From: Felis catus
Lineage: Eukaryota
Reading direction: 5' to 3'
DNA: 64,000 bases
Assembly: GCF_018350175.1 (NCBI RefSeq)
Contig: NC_058380.1
Span: 86,304,001 to 86,368,000, forward strand
In this document: one piece after another, positions 50,359-62,651 of the stretch
How the letters are laid out: every line of letters begins with the position of its first letter
How positions within the stretch are numbered: the stretch's first letter is position 1
Notes under the pieces: model-generated
What the model saw: the letters and a program-made list of their open reading frames with translations, nothing else
The model's database searches: none
Told to the model about the DNA's origin: nothing
Translations under genes and position numbers: made by a program

Positions 50359-50364
50359 TTTATT
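50359..50364 (-). terminator. Probable PIP5KL1 polyadenylation signal (AATAAA), inside a MIR relic
   Basis: First TTTATT on the plus strand beyond the stop codon (about 310 nt). Confidence 0.55.
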
Positions 50365-50672
50365 GCTGAATGATCTTGCTCAGTACCTTCACCCCCTGAG
50401 CCTCCAATTCATGGTCTGTAAAAAGAGAATAATAGCATTTTTTTTGAAGATTAATCGAGCTAATGTTGGGGAGTCCCTGGCACAACGCGGAACCAGTCAT
50501 CACCACCAAATGAGGCTGTGTTGTCATGGTATTAGTTAGGGGATGCTGCCCTCTGGAGGCCAAAGGGAGGAACAGCAGGTGAAGGGAGGCCGACCCGCCG
50601 CCGGGGCCAGACTGGAACCCTGGTTCCCGGCGTGTGCCCATTGTCCAGATGCCAGAGAGCGACGGGCGCGGG

Positions 50673-50940
50673 TCACTCGGTATGAGCCTCCACCCACTGG
50701 CAGAGGCGACGGGCGTAGCGAGCGGGGCTGACGGTGGAGAAGGTCCGACCTGGGTAGCGCAGCGTCTTCCATAAATGCTCCAGCCGCTTGCGGAGCCCGT
50801 AGACCGTAGAGAGATCCACGAGACCCAGGAAATAGCGTTGCTCCGGCCCGTCCAGGATGTGTAAGGCGTTGGGGGAGTCGGGCAGCAGCCGGCGGTTCTG
50901 GGATCCCGGCTCCTCCGGGCTCTGTACCCCTCGCACAGAC
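50673..50940 (-). CDS. PIP5KL1: PIP5KL1 exon 10 ([21 protein letters not shown]...[12 protein letters not shown]...WVEAHTE*)
   Basis: PIPK C-terminal region. Spliced CDS 30+204+51+155+125+35+56+113+154+268 = 1191 nt gives 396 aa. Confidence 0.95.
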
Positions 50941-51144
50941 CTGGCGGCCGACAGGTGGGTGAGGCTACTGCCTCTTCCAGGGGGGCCCCAGCCAAAGGGT
51001 TCCCGCAAGCCTCGCCCCGGCGCGCCCGCGGTGATTCTGCGCTGACCCTGCGCTTCCTCCGCTCATTCCCACAACTCCTGTGTGCCAGGCCTATGACGTC
51101 AGATGAACTGGGAGGCCGAGTCAAGTGTGGATGATGGTCTAGAG

Positions 51145-51452
51145 TCGCACTGCCCAATACGTAGCCACTAGCCATATGTGGCCGTTGAGCATTAAACTGC
51201 GGCCAGTCCCAACTGAGATACGCTCTAAGAGTAAAATACAGACTGAATTTCCAAGACAGTATGAGAAAAAGAATGTAAAATACCTCATAAATGTTTATAT
51301 TGATTAGATGATGAAACGATAAAATTTGGGGTGTATTGAGTAACAAATATATCCTTACAATTACTTTTACCTGTTTCTTTTTACTTCTCTAAAGAGGCTG
51401 CTAGACAATTTAAAACCACATGTGTGATTCGCGTTACATTTCTGTTGTCTAG
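51145..51452 (+). mobile_element. Near full-length MER33 (hAT-Charlie)
   Basis: gcactgcccaatacgtagccactagccatatgtgg...cacatgtgtgattcgcgttacatttctgttg. Confidence 0.75.
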
Positions 51453-52975
51453 AGCATTTGGGTCACGCAGACCCTGGCTCTGCATTTTATCCGCCGGGTC
51501 ACTTTGGGCAAGTCTGGTGTTGGGGTATTTCCCAAACTTCTGTTTGGGGTCGTCCATCTCTGGAGGTTTCGGGGTGGCAGAGCTGAAAGAAACCTTGTGA
51601 ACAAAGTCCAATTCCGGTTTATAGATGATGTGTGTGTTGGGGGATGGGATGCCTTCCAAATGTATTCCCAATCCGAAGATGCCTTTGGCTGGGTCCCAGT
51701 CCCAGCCCAAAGCAGGTTCAATTCCCTATTTCGTCCTCTTGGAGGTGGAGGGAAGTTGGGGAAGTGTCGCGGAGGGAAATAAGCCAATGAAAGACAGGCC
51801 CTGCCCAGGCATCGACCAATCAGAACCCAGTGGTGTGGGAGACTGGGCAAACCGCTAGTGTCCTTTGCATTGCGGTGCGGTGCGGTGCTGGGAGGGGGCG
51901 GGGCGGGGTCTTTTTCTGAATGGGGGGCTGGGAACTGGTAGATGTGGGGCTGGAACAGTGGCAACTTACCAGCTAGCAAATTTCAATATGACAACAACCA
52001 CTATATGCAAACTAGGGTTTACCGGCTGAATGACAGCTGTAATCTAAGCCCCAGATGGGGGCAGAGGGCAAGGCAGAAGCTGACCTAGTTTGGATGGGCA
52101 GACTTGGCTGGGGGCCCGTCTGTGCCCCATGGCAGGAATTTCACCCTCTGGTCAGGATGTGGTCAGCCCAGCCACAGGGCTGTGGGGAGCCGTTAATCTG
52201 GGTTCTGCCCAAGCCTCACCCATCCCCAGGTCTTCCTCCAAAGGGTGGGTTCGGAGGCCAGATGAGAGGACATCATCTTTCACTTTTCTTTTCCACCCAC
52301 CAGATGGTTGGGCTTCTTTCCTTAATGTGCCTTCCTTAACCCCTACTTAATCCTGTGCAGTCACAAAGGTGGGCCTTGGAGGATTGAAATCAAAGCAACC
52401 AACCAAGGACTAACATGAATCCTCAGAAGTCATTCTACAACCTCACTTCCCGTCGCTGAGCCTCACTTATCACAGCTCTAAAATGGGAAGGAGCCCACCT
52501 TAATGAGGCTCGTGGCCAGCATGCAAAGAACAGTTGCTACTACAAGGCAGGGGGACACCATGATGATGGTGCCCATGGTGATGACCCCAGGGTCCTAGAA
52601 GTAGAATTACTGGGTTAAAGGGCCAGGGCTCCTTCTAAAGTAAAAATTAAACAGGTCTGAAAACCGTTCTGAAATCTTCCATGGCCCCACACCCCTTCAG
52701 GAAAGTGGGCAGATTCTTTAAATCAGCACCGAAGTCCTTGTCCAGCTGGATCTCCCCTGTTCTGTCCTCTGCTGCTGTCCGCATGTGTCCCCCCACCCTG
52801 CCAGCCAGGCTTCTCCAGCCCTTCACCCTACACGTGGACACACGCACACACGGACACACAAACGCTGCACTTTCCAGTCTCTGAGCCTTTGTCTGTACTG
52901 TCTTCCCACCTCACCACCCATCGCTCTCAGGCTCCCGTCACCTCATTCTTGCCCTTGCCCTGTAGGGGGGCCCAC

Positions 52976-53129
52976 CTGGCTGTGCGGAAGATGAGGCTGC
53001 TGCCCGGGCCCCTCTCATCCTCGTGGAGGCGCTGGAAGGCCATCAGAAGGCTGTAATCCAGCACGTTGAGCTCCCGGAGGAAGGCGGTGTCCAGTTCCAT
53101 CTGGTGGAGGAGCCAGCTCCGCTGGGGCC
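52976..53129 (-). CDS. PIP5KL1: PIP5KL1 exon 9 ([31 protein letters not shown]...)
   Basis: LDYSLL (PIPK MDYSL motif); 154 nt. Confidence 0.95.
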
Positions 53130-53166
53130 CTGCCAGAGCATCAGTGCCCCCGCTTGAGTGCTCATC

Positions 53167-53253
53167 GTGTGCCAGGGCTGAGGGCTCCACACATATCTGC
53201 CCCAGAGGTGCTGGGGTGTGCCAGGGCTGAGGGCTCCACACATATCTGCCCCA
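53167..53253. repeat. Perfect 38-bp direct repeat with a 49-bp period
   Basis: GTGTGCCAGGGCTGAGGGCTCCACACATATCTGCCCCA at 53167 and 53216. Confidence 0.95.
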
Positions 53254-53479
53254 AGAGGGCAGGTGTCATTACTGCCCCACGTCACGGATGAGGAAACTCA
53301 TCTGTAATTTGCCCTGGTCACCTAGTTAGTAAGTCGTGGAGCTAGGATTTGAACTCTGCTCTGCCTGACTCTAGACCCCGGGCTCTTAATGACTCAGGCA
53401 GAGGGCAGTGCCAGGGGACACCCTTCTGACTTCACCCGGAATGGAGAAAGAGCAGCCACTGACTGTCCCCATGGCTCAC

Positions 53480-53592
53480 CCAGGTCGATGGTCTTGCCTT
53501 GAAAGTTGAGGTCCTTCAGCACGAGGACAAGAGGGCTACCCTCAGGGGCTGGCTCCACCCATCGGCTCACCTCACAGCCCTTTATATCATAC
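53480..53592 (-). CDS. PIP5KL1: PIP5KL1 exon 8 ([14 protein letters not shown]...[13 protein letters not shown])
   Basis: YDIKG and LKDLNF PIPK motifs; 113 nt. Confidence 0.95.
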
Positions 53593-53809
53593 CTGTGAGG
53601 GGGTATGACAGGAAGGGGATGACAGAATTCAGGTTGACACAGACTGACACACACAGGGAACCAAGAAACAAGAGCTTCCACTGGGTGGATGTTCAAATCC
53701 TCAGCACAACCCATTCCATTATTGTCCCCGTGTCACAGATGAAGAAAAAGGCCCAGAGTTTTCTTTGACTTGCCCACACAGTAAGTAAAGAATAGAGCGG
53801 GGGTGGGGG

Positions 53810-54035
53810 TGGGGCACCTGGGTGGCTCAGTCGGTTAAACATCTGACTTCAGCTCAGGTCATGATCTCGAGGCTTGGGGGTTCAAGCTCCGCATCACATT
53901 GGAGCCTGAAGCCTGCTTCAGATTCTGTGTCTCCCTCTCTCTCTCTGCCCCTCCCCGCTCTCACTCTTTCTCTCTCAAAAATAAATAAAATATTTTTAAA
54001 AATTAATAAATAAATAAACTAAGAAAAAAAAAAAA
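53810..54035 (+). mobile_element. CAN-SINE
   Basis: SINEC head and long A-rich tail. Confidence 0.9.
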
Positions 54036-54594
54036 GGCAGAGCAGGAATTTGAACTCAGGCCTTTGGAAGCCCAGTTCAGGCTTTACCCCTGCTTGTGCC
54101 TGCCTCTTAGCACCCTGTCATCCCTGGAGGTGTTCCAGACACAGGCATCCAACCCTAGACAGCAGCACCAGGAGGGCTTGAAGGAAGTCCGTGGCCCCAG
54201 GGGAGTGCTAATGGAGACCCTGCAGGCAGAGTCGGGGTTAGGAGGCACAGAGGCCATGTGAAATAAGAGGCTGGGTTCGAATCCCTGTTCCTCGCAGAGT
54301 AGCTGGCCCTCCTTGTCCTCAGCTTCTCATCTATAAAATGGGCATGATAACCACACCTGCCCCTCAGAACCGTTCTGGGAATAAAGAAGGCGATGAATGC
54401 GAAGACTCGAGTGCCCAGTGCATCCTGAGTGCTCAAGAGACGCTGGTCGTGCCTAGCACTGTCTCTGATCCATTAGGAGACCTTGGGGATGCCCCTTCTC
54501 CTCCCTGGGCCCCAGTTTCGCATCTATCTAGCGGGGGATGGGTGCTGCAGGTGGCACGTCCCGCGTGGGGCCGGGGCCCTGTGAGGCGACTCAC

Positions 54595-54650
54595 CTCTCA
54601 GAGATGCGGCCGGCGGGATAGAAGACGCTCTGCATGATGATGAAGAATTT
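54595..54650 (-). CDS. PIP5KL1: PIP5KL1 exon 7 ([18 protein letters not shown])
   Basis: 56 nt with AG/GT boundaries. Confidence 0.92.
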
Positions 54651-54740
54651 CTGGGGACGGGGGTAGGGAGTGAGGGAGGACAGGATCTCACCCTCCAGCC
54701 GCCCCCTCTGACCCGGCCCCCTCGCCTCGGCCTCACCCAC

Positions 54741-54775
54741 CTTCTTTCCCCGAGCCACCCGCAGACTGTGCACTC
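54741..54775 (-). CDS. PIP5KL1: PIP5KL1 exon 6 ([11 protein letters not shown])
   Basis: 35 nt with AG/GT boundaries; keeps the frame. Confidence 0.9.
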
Positions 54776-55275
54776 CTGGAAGGGGAGAGGGCGCCAGGTG
54801 AGGGGCCCCAAACTCGACACCCCGGGGCCCATCTCGCCCTAGGCCCGGCGCCAGGCCTCGCCTCCTTCTCGAGGTCCACCGCCTCCCGAGCCCGCCCCTC
54901 CAGGCCGCGCCCCCAGACCTCTTCCGCGGCTTGGGTAGAGGTGCCGACTGGGCCCGGCTCTAGGCAGCCCCAGAGATGCGCGGTCCTCAGGCGTGACTCC
55001 ACCCACATACCCTCCCCACAAGGGACTGTCAATCGACACCGCCCCCTTTAGGCCCCGCCCATCCAAACACCACCTTTCCCCTACAGGACCATCTAGGACA
55101 CGCCCCCCACGGAACTATCCGCGGCCGGCGGATCGGTTCCCTCCGCCCCGCTCGGGCTCAGATCCCCTACACCCCCCCCCCGCTCCCCCCGGGAACCGCC
55201 CCACTCCCTACCCTCCTCCTCTGCTCTCTCTTCCCTCCCCCAGCCCCGCAGTCCCGGGTTCCTGGCCGGTCGTAC

Positions 55276-55400
55276 CCAGCAACCGCGCAAGCAGAGAGTG
55301 CGGGTGCCGCTGCAGGTGCTGCACGTAGCGGGGCAGGTGGGCGAGCAGCGCCCGCACCTCCCGGCGGCGCTGGGTCTTCAGGAAGAAGCGTTGATCGTGG
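55276..55400 (-). CDS. PIP5KL1: PIP5KL1 exon 5 ([25 protein letters not shown]...LLARLL)
   Basis: 125 nt; FLKT corresponds to the PIPK IIK motif. Confidence 0.94.
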
Positions 55401-55670
55401 CTGGGGTGGAGGGAGAGGTCACTGGTCAGGCAGGGCTGGAGCGGCCCCCATCAGGCCCTCTGCCCGAATGTGTATCTGTCTCCCCAGGCCCAGGTTGGAG
55501 GTCTCCCCACCTCCACCCTTGTCACCTCCCGTCCTCCCTCTCCTCCTCCGTCTGATCCCTACCTGGCCCTGGCCCTCCCCGACCTTGCCATCCTGTTTCT
55601 CTTCTCCGCCTCCCCCCCTTCACCCAGGAACAACACTCCCACCCCTTCCCCACCCCTGCTGCCAGCTCAC

Positions 55671-55825
55671 GACAGGAAGAAGCTGGCCTTGCTCTTGGAG
55701 GTGCTGAGGAACTGCAGGTAGGGGCCACCTGGGCCTAATGCCGCCTGATAGTCTCCCTCAGCCAGGCCTAGGGAGTGGCGGAGCCAGGCGAAGGCCGGGC
55801 CGGCCAGGGTGCCCAGCTCGAAGCC
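55671..55825 (-). CDS. PIP5KL1: PIP5KL1 exon 4 ([21 protein letters not shown]...[11 protein letters not shown])
   Basis: 155 nt with AG/GT boundaries. Confidence 0.94.
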
Positions 55826-56031
55826 CTGCAGGGGAGGAAAAGCAGGCCCAGGAGTGTCCACGGGGGCCAGGTGTGTGCAGTTGGCCCTAGCGTGGGAGGG
55901 TCAGGGTAATCACATCCTTCCCACAAGGCCCTGAGGCAAGTCAGCACTCCCACTGCACGAAGGGGGAGACGGAGGACAGAGAAGGAACACTAGTACACGC
56001 CCCTCCCATGCAGCAGTCTTGGGCTTCCTAC

Positions 56032-56082
56032 CTCATGAACCTGGATCAGGACCTCGGAGAAATCCTCCTCGGTGGGTGGTCC
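56032..56082 (-). CDS. PIP5KL1: PIP5KL1 exon 3 (GPPTEEDFSEVLIQVHE)
   Basis: 51 nt, tgtag acceptor and gtagga donor. Confidence 0.9.
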
Positions 56083-57180
56083 CTACAGGGAGGGGTGGAG
56101 GGGTTCAGGGCAAGTCTCAGCCCCAGGATCTCCAAGAGCCCTGCCTCTGGCCTCACCCCCTTTCCACAGTCTGATTGCTCCAGCCAACCAGCACCAGAAC
56201 TCAGAGCCTGGTCCATTCACCCAGATGCACGTGTTGGCCAAGTGAAGCCGGAGGCCATCCCAGTGAAAGCGGATGGCCTTAAAGCCAAGGGACCTGCCTG
56301 ACTCAGTGTGAGAGACGCAGGATCAGGGAAGGCTTCCTGGGGGAGGTGACCTCTAAGGTGAAATCTGAAAGGTGGTGGAGAGGACGTGCCTGGTGCTCAC
56401 AGCAGGGGTAACAGCACTGGTGGCCACCGGGAAGAGCAAGAGGGCCCAAGTGGCTGCAGTAGGTAAAGGAAGGATGGAGTATGGATGCAGCTGGACAGCT
56501 GGCTCTTGGACTTGAGCCAGCAAGGTCCTGAGGCCATGCTGAGTACTGGGGAGCCATGTTAGATTGGCAGCAGGCGATGAGAGTTAGAGGACCTCTTGTC
56601 GGGCTCCGACACTCTTCCTGGACCTCTAGGTCCGTGTGCCAGGACTTGGCCTGTGGGCTGTGGTCACACTGTGCACATGTGTGCACACACACAAACAACA
56701 CACGTGCTTGCTCGGGCTCCGTCCAGCTGCTGAGCTTGCAGTTGGGCGACCCTTTCTGCTGAGCCAGCCTGGCCCCAGCCTGAGCTCCGGGGAGGATGGG
56801 CCAGGCTGGCAGGGTGGGGGTGGGGTCCTTTCTCAGCCATGCACCCTAGCAGAGCTAGGAGGGCCTCAGAGACCAGGGAATACAGTCCCCCCTACCCATT
56901 ATACAGATGGGGACTCTGAGGCCCAAAGAAGAAGAGGCCCAACTAGATCACACACCAACCACCTGGGTTAAGGGGGCCTTCACCTCCCCAACACACACTG
57001 GGCTGTGTGGCTTCCTGGCCTCAGCCCCCACCCCAGCATGTCCCTCCCTGCACCCCGAGCCCCTGATTTCCTCCTCTTATAGCCCTCTCATCCCCAGTCC
57101 TGCAGTATTAACAAGACAGGGCATCGGCGCAGTCTTGCCCTTGGTGCTGTTGAGGTGCATGGCACAGATCAGCCACTCAC

Positions 57181-57384
57181 TGTGGGTGGGTGGTCCATGG
57201 AGACCTGAGTGGCAGCCCACAGCCCTGTCTGCATCATACATGTCAGCTGGTGCAGCTCATGCCCCGGGCCGATCTCAAACAGGCCAAGGCGAGCCTGCTT
57301 GTCTCGTAGACGCCAGAGGAGGCCACGGCGGCCAGAGGTCGAGGTGGCTGGTCTGCATCCAGCCTCTGGGGAGGGGGCCAGGAC
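57181..57384 (-). CDS. PIP5KL1: PIP5KL1 exon 2 ([30 protein letters not shown]...MDHPPT)
   Basis: 204 nt, phase 0 at both ends, open throughout. Confidence 0.92.
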
Positions 57385-58099
57385 CTGGTGGCAGGAAACA
57401 CAAGAAGCAGTGAGCCCACAGAAGCATTCCAGAGGGGAAAGACCTGGGTTTGCGTCCCACCTCTGGTACTCGTGAGCCCTCCTGTTATCACTCTCTGCCT
57501 CCGTTTCCTCGGTTGCAAAATAGGGAGAATGCTGGTACCCACCTCACTGGGTGTTGTGATGGGCCGCCCAGTGCCTGGCATGCAGTCAGCACCCAGAATA
57601 GAACGATGGTTATTATTATCAGTAGGTAGAGAATGCTTTCCGCAGACAAACCTGTCTCTCACCAGCTGTGTGATCTTAGGTAAGTCACCTAACCTTTCTG
57701 CATCTCGTTTTCTCCTCTGTAAAATGAGAACTATAATAACTCCTTCGTGGCAGTTTGAGCTCCATGCCCAGGAACCCTTGATAGTAGGAGCTGTGACGCC
57801 AGGGACGGGGGTATCTACTCGACTGAAGTTCCTCCAGGCCGAGCGGAGGGTCAGCATGAAGCTGAGCTCGCAGCAGCTGACCCATTAGTAGTGGGCACCC
57901 ACCATGTGCCCAGCACTGGCTGAGAGTCTGACTTCCTGACAGCCCTATGAAGGAGGAGCTTTTATAATCACCTCCATTTTCGCGATGAGAAAACTGAGGA
58001 AGTTCTCTGGGGATAACCGCCAGACTTCCCCTGCATACCTGCGGCCCCCTGTGGGGCGTGTCCTGGTCCCCGCCCAGGGCAGGACCCCTCCGGGGCTTG

Positions 58100-58620
58100 G
58101 ATTGGGGGTCTGTGTCCGCGCTACCCCGGGAGGGGAGGCCTGGACCCTGACCCCCAACCCTTTCCTCTCCTGTCCTCTTTTGGGTCCGCACCTACCTCGC
58201 GGGGCCCCGGGCTCGGCGCGGCCATCACCCCCGCAGCAGCTTCCCGGGCTCTGGCCGTGTCCCCGCCGCCGCGCTGCAGGAGCGGGTCCCCGCCCCTGCT
58301 TCTGGACCGACCAATAGCGCGGCGCCGGTCACCGCTGCACCCAATCCGCACGGGAGGCGCCGGGGATCGCCTGCGGGTCCCGCCCCCGGGGCTGCAGCAT
58401 CCTTCAGACCTCGGTCCAGGCCCGGGCGGGGCCGCCGCGCATTGCTTCAGGTCGCCAGGAGGGAAGATCCCCCCCCCCCCCACCTCAGTTCGTCTCCTGA
58501 AGTGGGGGATTCGGGTCTCGGGGCCGCATGGGAAGGCGGGAAACCTAAATCCACTCCGGCCCAGCCACTCTGGCGTGAAATCCCCACCGACTGCCTGCCT
58601 CTCGGGTGAGAAAACTAAGG
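58100..58620. promoter_or_regulatory. PIP5KL1 promoter CpG island with two CCAAT boxes (58311 and 58341) and GC boxes
   Basis: CCAAT pair exactly 30 bp apart; CCCGCCCC sites. Confidence 0.8.
58196..58225 (-). CDS. PIP5KL1: PIP5KL1 exon 1 coding part (MAAPSPGPRE)
   Basis: gtgATGG start and GAG|GTAGG donor inside a CpG island. Confidence 0.92.
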
Positions 58621-61001
58621 TCCGGAGAGAGAAGTGAGTATCTCCAGGTCACACAGGAAGTCCGGGGCACGCATTCATTCAGGGCATATTTTGAACACTC
58701 CCTTTGGGCCAGGGCTAGTGCTAGGCCCTGGGGATTCAGTGGTGAGAGGGAGGAACACAGCTGCCAGCGTGATCTTTTAAAAGCATAAATCGGATGATGT
58801 CACTCTCATGCTTAAAACCTCCAGTGGCTTCCCCCTGCTCTGGAACAAAATCCACACCCCTCGCCCCGGCCATGGCCCCAGGCCCATCTCAAACCACTCT
58901 CCCTACACCCACCACACAGCCACACGCCCCCCCCCCCCCCCCCCCGCTGGTCCTTAGGAATAAAATTCTTCCACACCTGGGGCTTTTGCAGGTGCTGTTC
59001 CCATTGCCTGAAATCCTTTCCCCTAGGCTCTCATTTGCCCTATTCTTTCTTGTGACCTTCACTGACTCGAAGTGTCCCCAACTCTCATGCTTTTCACATC
59101 ACCTAGTTTTAATTTTCTTCATCACACTCAACACTGTAGGAAATTGACTTGTGCATTTATTTCTTATATCTCCCACCCCCCCCACCCCCCCCCAGAATGG
59201 GACCACCAGGAGGGCAGGAACCAGGCTGGGTCCATTTCTTGGCTTGGTACCTGGCACAAACCAGTGTTTCACAAGCATATGTTGAACCAATGTGAGTAGG
59301 ATGTGCAAAGGGCCAGTGAGTCCCAGCCAGGGTAGCTGGAATGAGAAGGAATCGAACAAGCGACCATGCAGGCTCTCTTAGGCCATCTTAGGGAGGGGAG
59401 TGGAGAACCCAGACAAGCATTCTAAGTGTGTATGAGAAAGATGCTCAGATGTTCTGGAAAGGCCATGGTTGTCATGCATAGTCACATTGGAGGGAGCCAG
59501 AGTGGGTGGGCGGGGGGTGGGAGTGAGGAATCTTTTGGTGACTTAGGGTAGAGGCTGGTGGCTTTGCAGCAGGAAGGTGACTGGGGTGGGGGAGGGAGAG
59601 AAGGGGAGAATTGCCAAGATTTGAGGTCATGTGGATGGGGGCTTGGAGAAGGAAGGGCAGTGATGTCTGCCAGGCTTCTGGCTGGGGTTAGGGTCACAGG
59701 AAGATGCCAGTCACGGAAGGGGGCGAGGCATGAGGGGAGGTCCAGATTGCTGAGGGGGCGTCTGAGAGCTCAGATCATGACAGGCTTCATCTGAGGTACC
59801 ACTATGACATCCAGTGGCAGTCAGCTGGTGCATATGCAATACACCGGGGCTTGGGAGGCGAGCCTGGATGAGGGCAAGGCCACCCAGGATATGTGGGGGG
59901 AAGGCTCGCGACCAAGTCCCAAAGAGCCCACTGTTGTCTCATGGCAGAAGTGGAGCATGAGGCAGGAGTAGGAGAATGGGTCATCACAGACACTGAGAGC
60001 CTCTGAGGGTGCGTCCAGGGGGATGTCACAGACTAACATGGGGTCACTGGTGGTCGGAGTGGATCTAGCCCTCCAGGAAGGGTGCCCAGCACAGTGAAGG
60101 TGAGGAAATCCAGGCAGCAGATGTGGACCCCCTTTTCGGAATTTGGCTACGAAGGGGAGAGACCTGGAGGAAATTACTCGGTTGATGGACAGTCCTTTAT
60201 AGGGAGGCCTGGGGATGCTCGTGAAACCGAGGGAGGACCCCAGTGAGAGGCAGTGGCTGTTCCAATGAGAGGGGGACCATCAGAGACACGATACTCCTGT
60301 CACAGCAGGGGGAGAGGACAGAACCCGAAGCCCAGGTCGTAGCTCTGCCTGGACTGGAGGACAGGAGGAAGATGGGCCAGGGGAGGGAAGGGGAGGTGTG
60401 CCCGCAGCCGGCCTCTGTTCTCAGATGAGGGAGCCGCCTCTGCTGACTAGAGTGAACATCCAAGGCGTGACAGAGCCTTAAACTAGGAACTGTGGACGGG
60501 AGCCTTGGCTGCGCGGGGGGCGGGGTTGATTACCAGGAGACAGGGCTGGGCCTGCACCAGATCAGTCAACCTGACCACAGCCAGCCCTGCTCTGGTTCCT
60601 CCAGCTCTCACTGCCCAGAGCCATGCTAGGTTGGGCTGCTGGGTATAAGAGACGGACAATGGACTTGGCCTTTTAGGGGACTGGCCTGAGGGTCCCTAAA
60701 ATACTAGTGCGCGCTAGCTGGGCTGGCACAGGGGAGGCTCAGTACAGGCTGATGTGGTTGGCATCCGGCACACTGCCATGCCCCCACCGAGCTCCCATCT
60801 GTGGGCTGCACCTGTCTGGATCCACATCTGTTTCAGTCCCCACTTGATCCTGTGTCCAGCACAGGGACAGTCTGGGAGGCGCCTGAGGCACCCTCGTTGC
60901 ACAAACCAGGGTCTCCCGACCTGAGACCAGCCCCTCTCCAGTTCCTGAGCAGCCCGGCTTCCCTGGTCAGGGATAGCACAGAGACAGACACATCATCAGT
61001 G

Positions 61002-61007
61002 TTTATT
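61002..61007 (-). terminator. DPM2 polyadenylation signal (AATAAA)
   Basis: TTTATT on the plus strand, followed on the minus strand by GU-rich sequence. Confidence 0.7.
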
Positions 61008-61615
61008 GTTCAGCTCTCCCCAGTAGGCTAGCGCTAGGGCTGGGGGACTGGGCCTCTGTGAGGAGCAGTTGGTCTGGGGGCCCCCCGTGGCCACCCTAAT
61101 GTGCCCCGGGGCCTGGTGGTAACCCTAGGGCCTGTCAGTCCTCCCCTTAGGCTTTCCAGGTCCAGAAGTCCTTATGGGGCCTGGGGCTGTGTCAGACCTG
61201 GGAAAGCTGCCTCTGATGAGGAGCAGGACGTGTGGGGAAAGGTCACGTGACGCCTCAGAACCTGCCAAGTCCAACATCAGCAGGTGACAAGAGGGACAGT
61301 GAAACAGGAGGGTGGGACCCTGAGGAAAAGGTGACGGGGAGCCCGAAGGTGAGGTGGGGACAACCAGCATCTTTCAGGCCCTGAGCCAGAAAGGGGTGAG
61401 AGGGAGGCTTCCAAGTAATCCTCCCTCCTGGCTTCCGGAAGGTTGAGCAGGGGAGGAGCAGGCCCGTGTGGTCAATCCTAAACAGCTCCATCCCACCAGG
61501 ATATGTTCAGGGCAGCCAGGCTTGAGGGGGACCGCGGTGCCTGGATGCGCCTATGTGCCCCCACCTTTGGAGGGGAGGCAGAGGAAGGGCCGGCAGCCTC
61601 AGCCCCACTGGGCCT

Positions 61616-61674
61616 TCACTGAGCCTTTTTGGTCACTTTCTGGTTCTTCAGCATCACGTAGGTGATGAACACTC
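61616..61674 (-). CDS. DPM2: DPM2 last coding exon (VFITYVMLKNQKVTKKAQ*)
   Basis: Matches the DPM2 C-terminus; KKAQ is a KKxx-type ER retrieval motif. Confidence 0.93.
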
Positions 61675-62474
61675 CTGGAATACACAGACCAGAAAGGCCG
61701 CATGAGATCTGGGCTCGGGGCTGCTGGGAGGCCAGAGCAGGGCCCAGCATGGTGGAAGTGACCCGCACGCGGGGCCAAGCACACGCCAGGCCAGAATCAC
61801 CTCCCTGGTCCTTCAGCAAGCCACACGTCTACCCACATGTGTTCAACAAACACCACCAGAGCACCTACCCCGGGCAATTTGCCATGTTTAGTGTTTTTGA
61901 TTCTGCAGGGAACAAACCCACCCAATGATCCATCTACTCACCCAATCAACCACCTGTCCGCCCACCCACCTGCCTAACCCACATCCACCTCCCACCCCAC
62001 CATCCAGTCATCCAGGTGACTCATGCAAACTGCTTTCTTGAGCACCAGCTCAGGGCCACAGCCTGTTCCAGGAGCTGAGGACATAATAATGATGATGAAG
62101 ACACACACTGAACCCCGGGGGAGACAGAGAGGGGCAGGAATCATGAGCTAGTGGGTGACGAGGGGGTAAGAGGCGATCGAGGTGTGCACAGAGTGATGAT
62201 GGTGGTGGTGGTGGTGGTGGAGGGAGCGGGGGTGGGAAAGGGAGACACCCCACTGGGGCCATCCCATTAGAGACCAATGAGCCTGAGGCATAGGGAAGGC
62301 CAGAGGGGCTACTGACTGACAGTCTTGAAGGATGAACAGGAAAATCCCAGGGGATAACTGGGGGAGGGGGGCGCAGCAAGGAGCCTCAAGCAGGTGGACA
62401 GCAACTGGCAAAATGGGGAAGCATGTTCAGGGATGGGAGAGGGTTGTGGGAGCTCCCAGCAGACGCCCTGCTCA

Positions 62475-62651
<177 letters not shown>

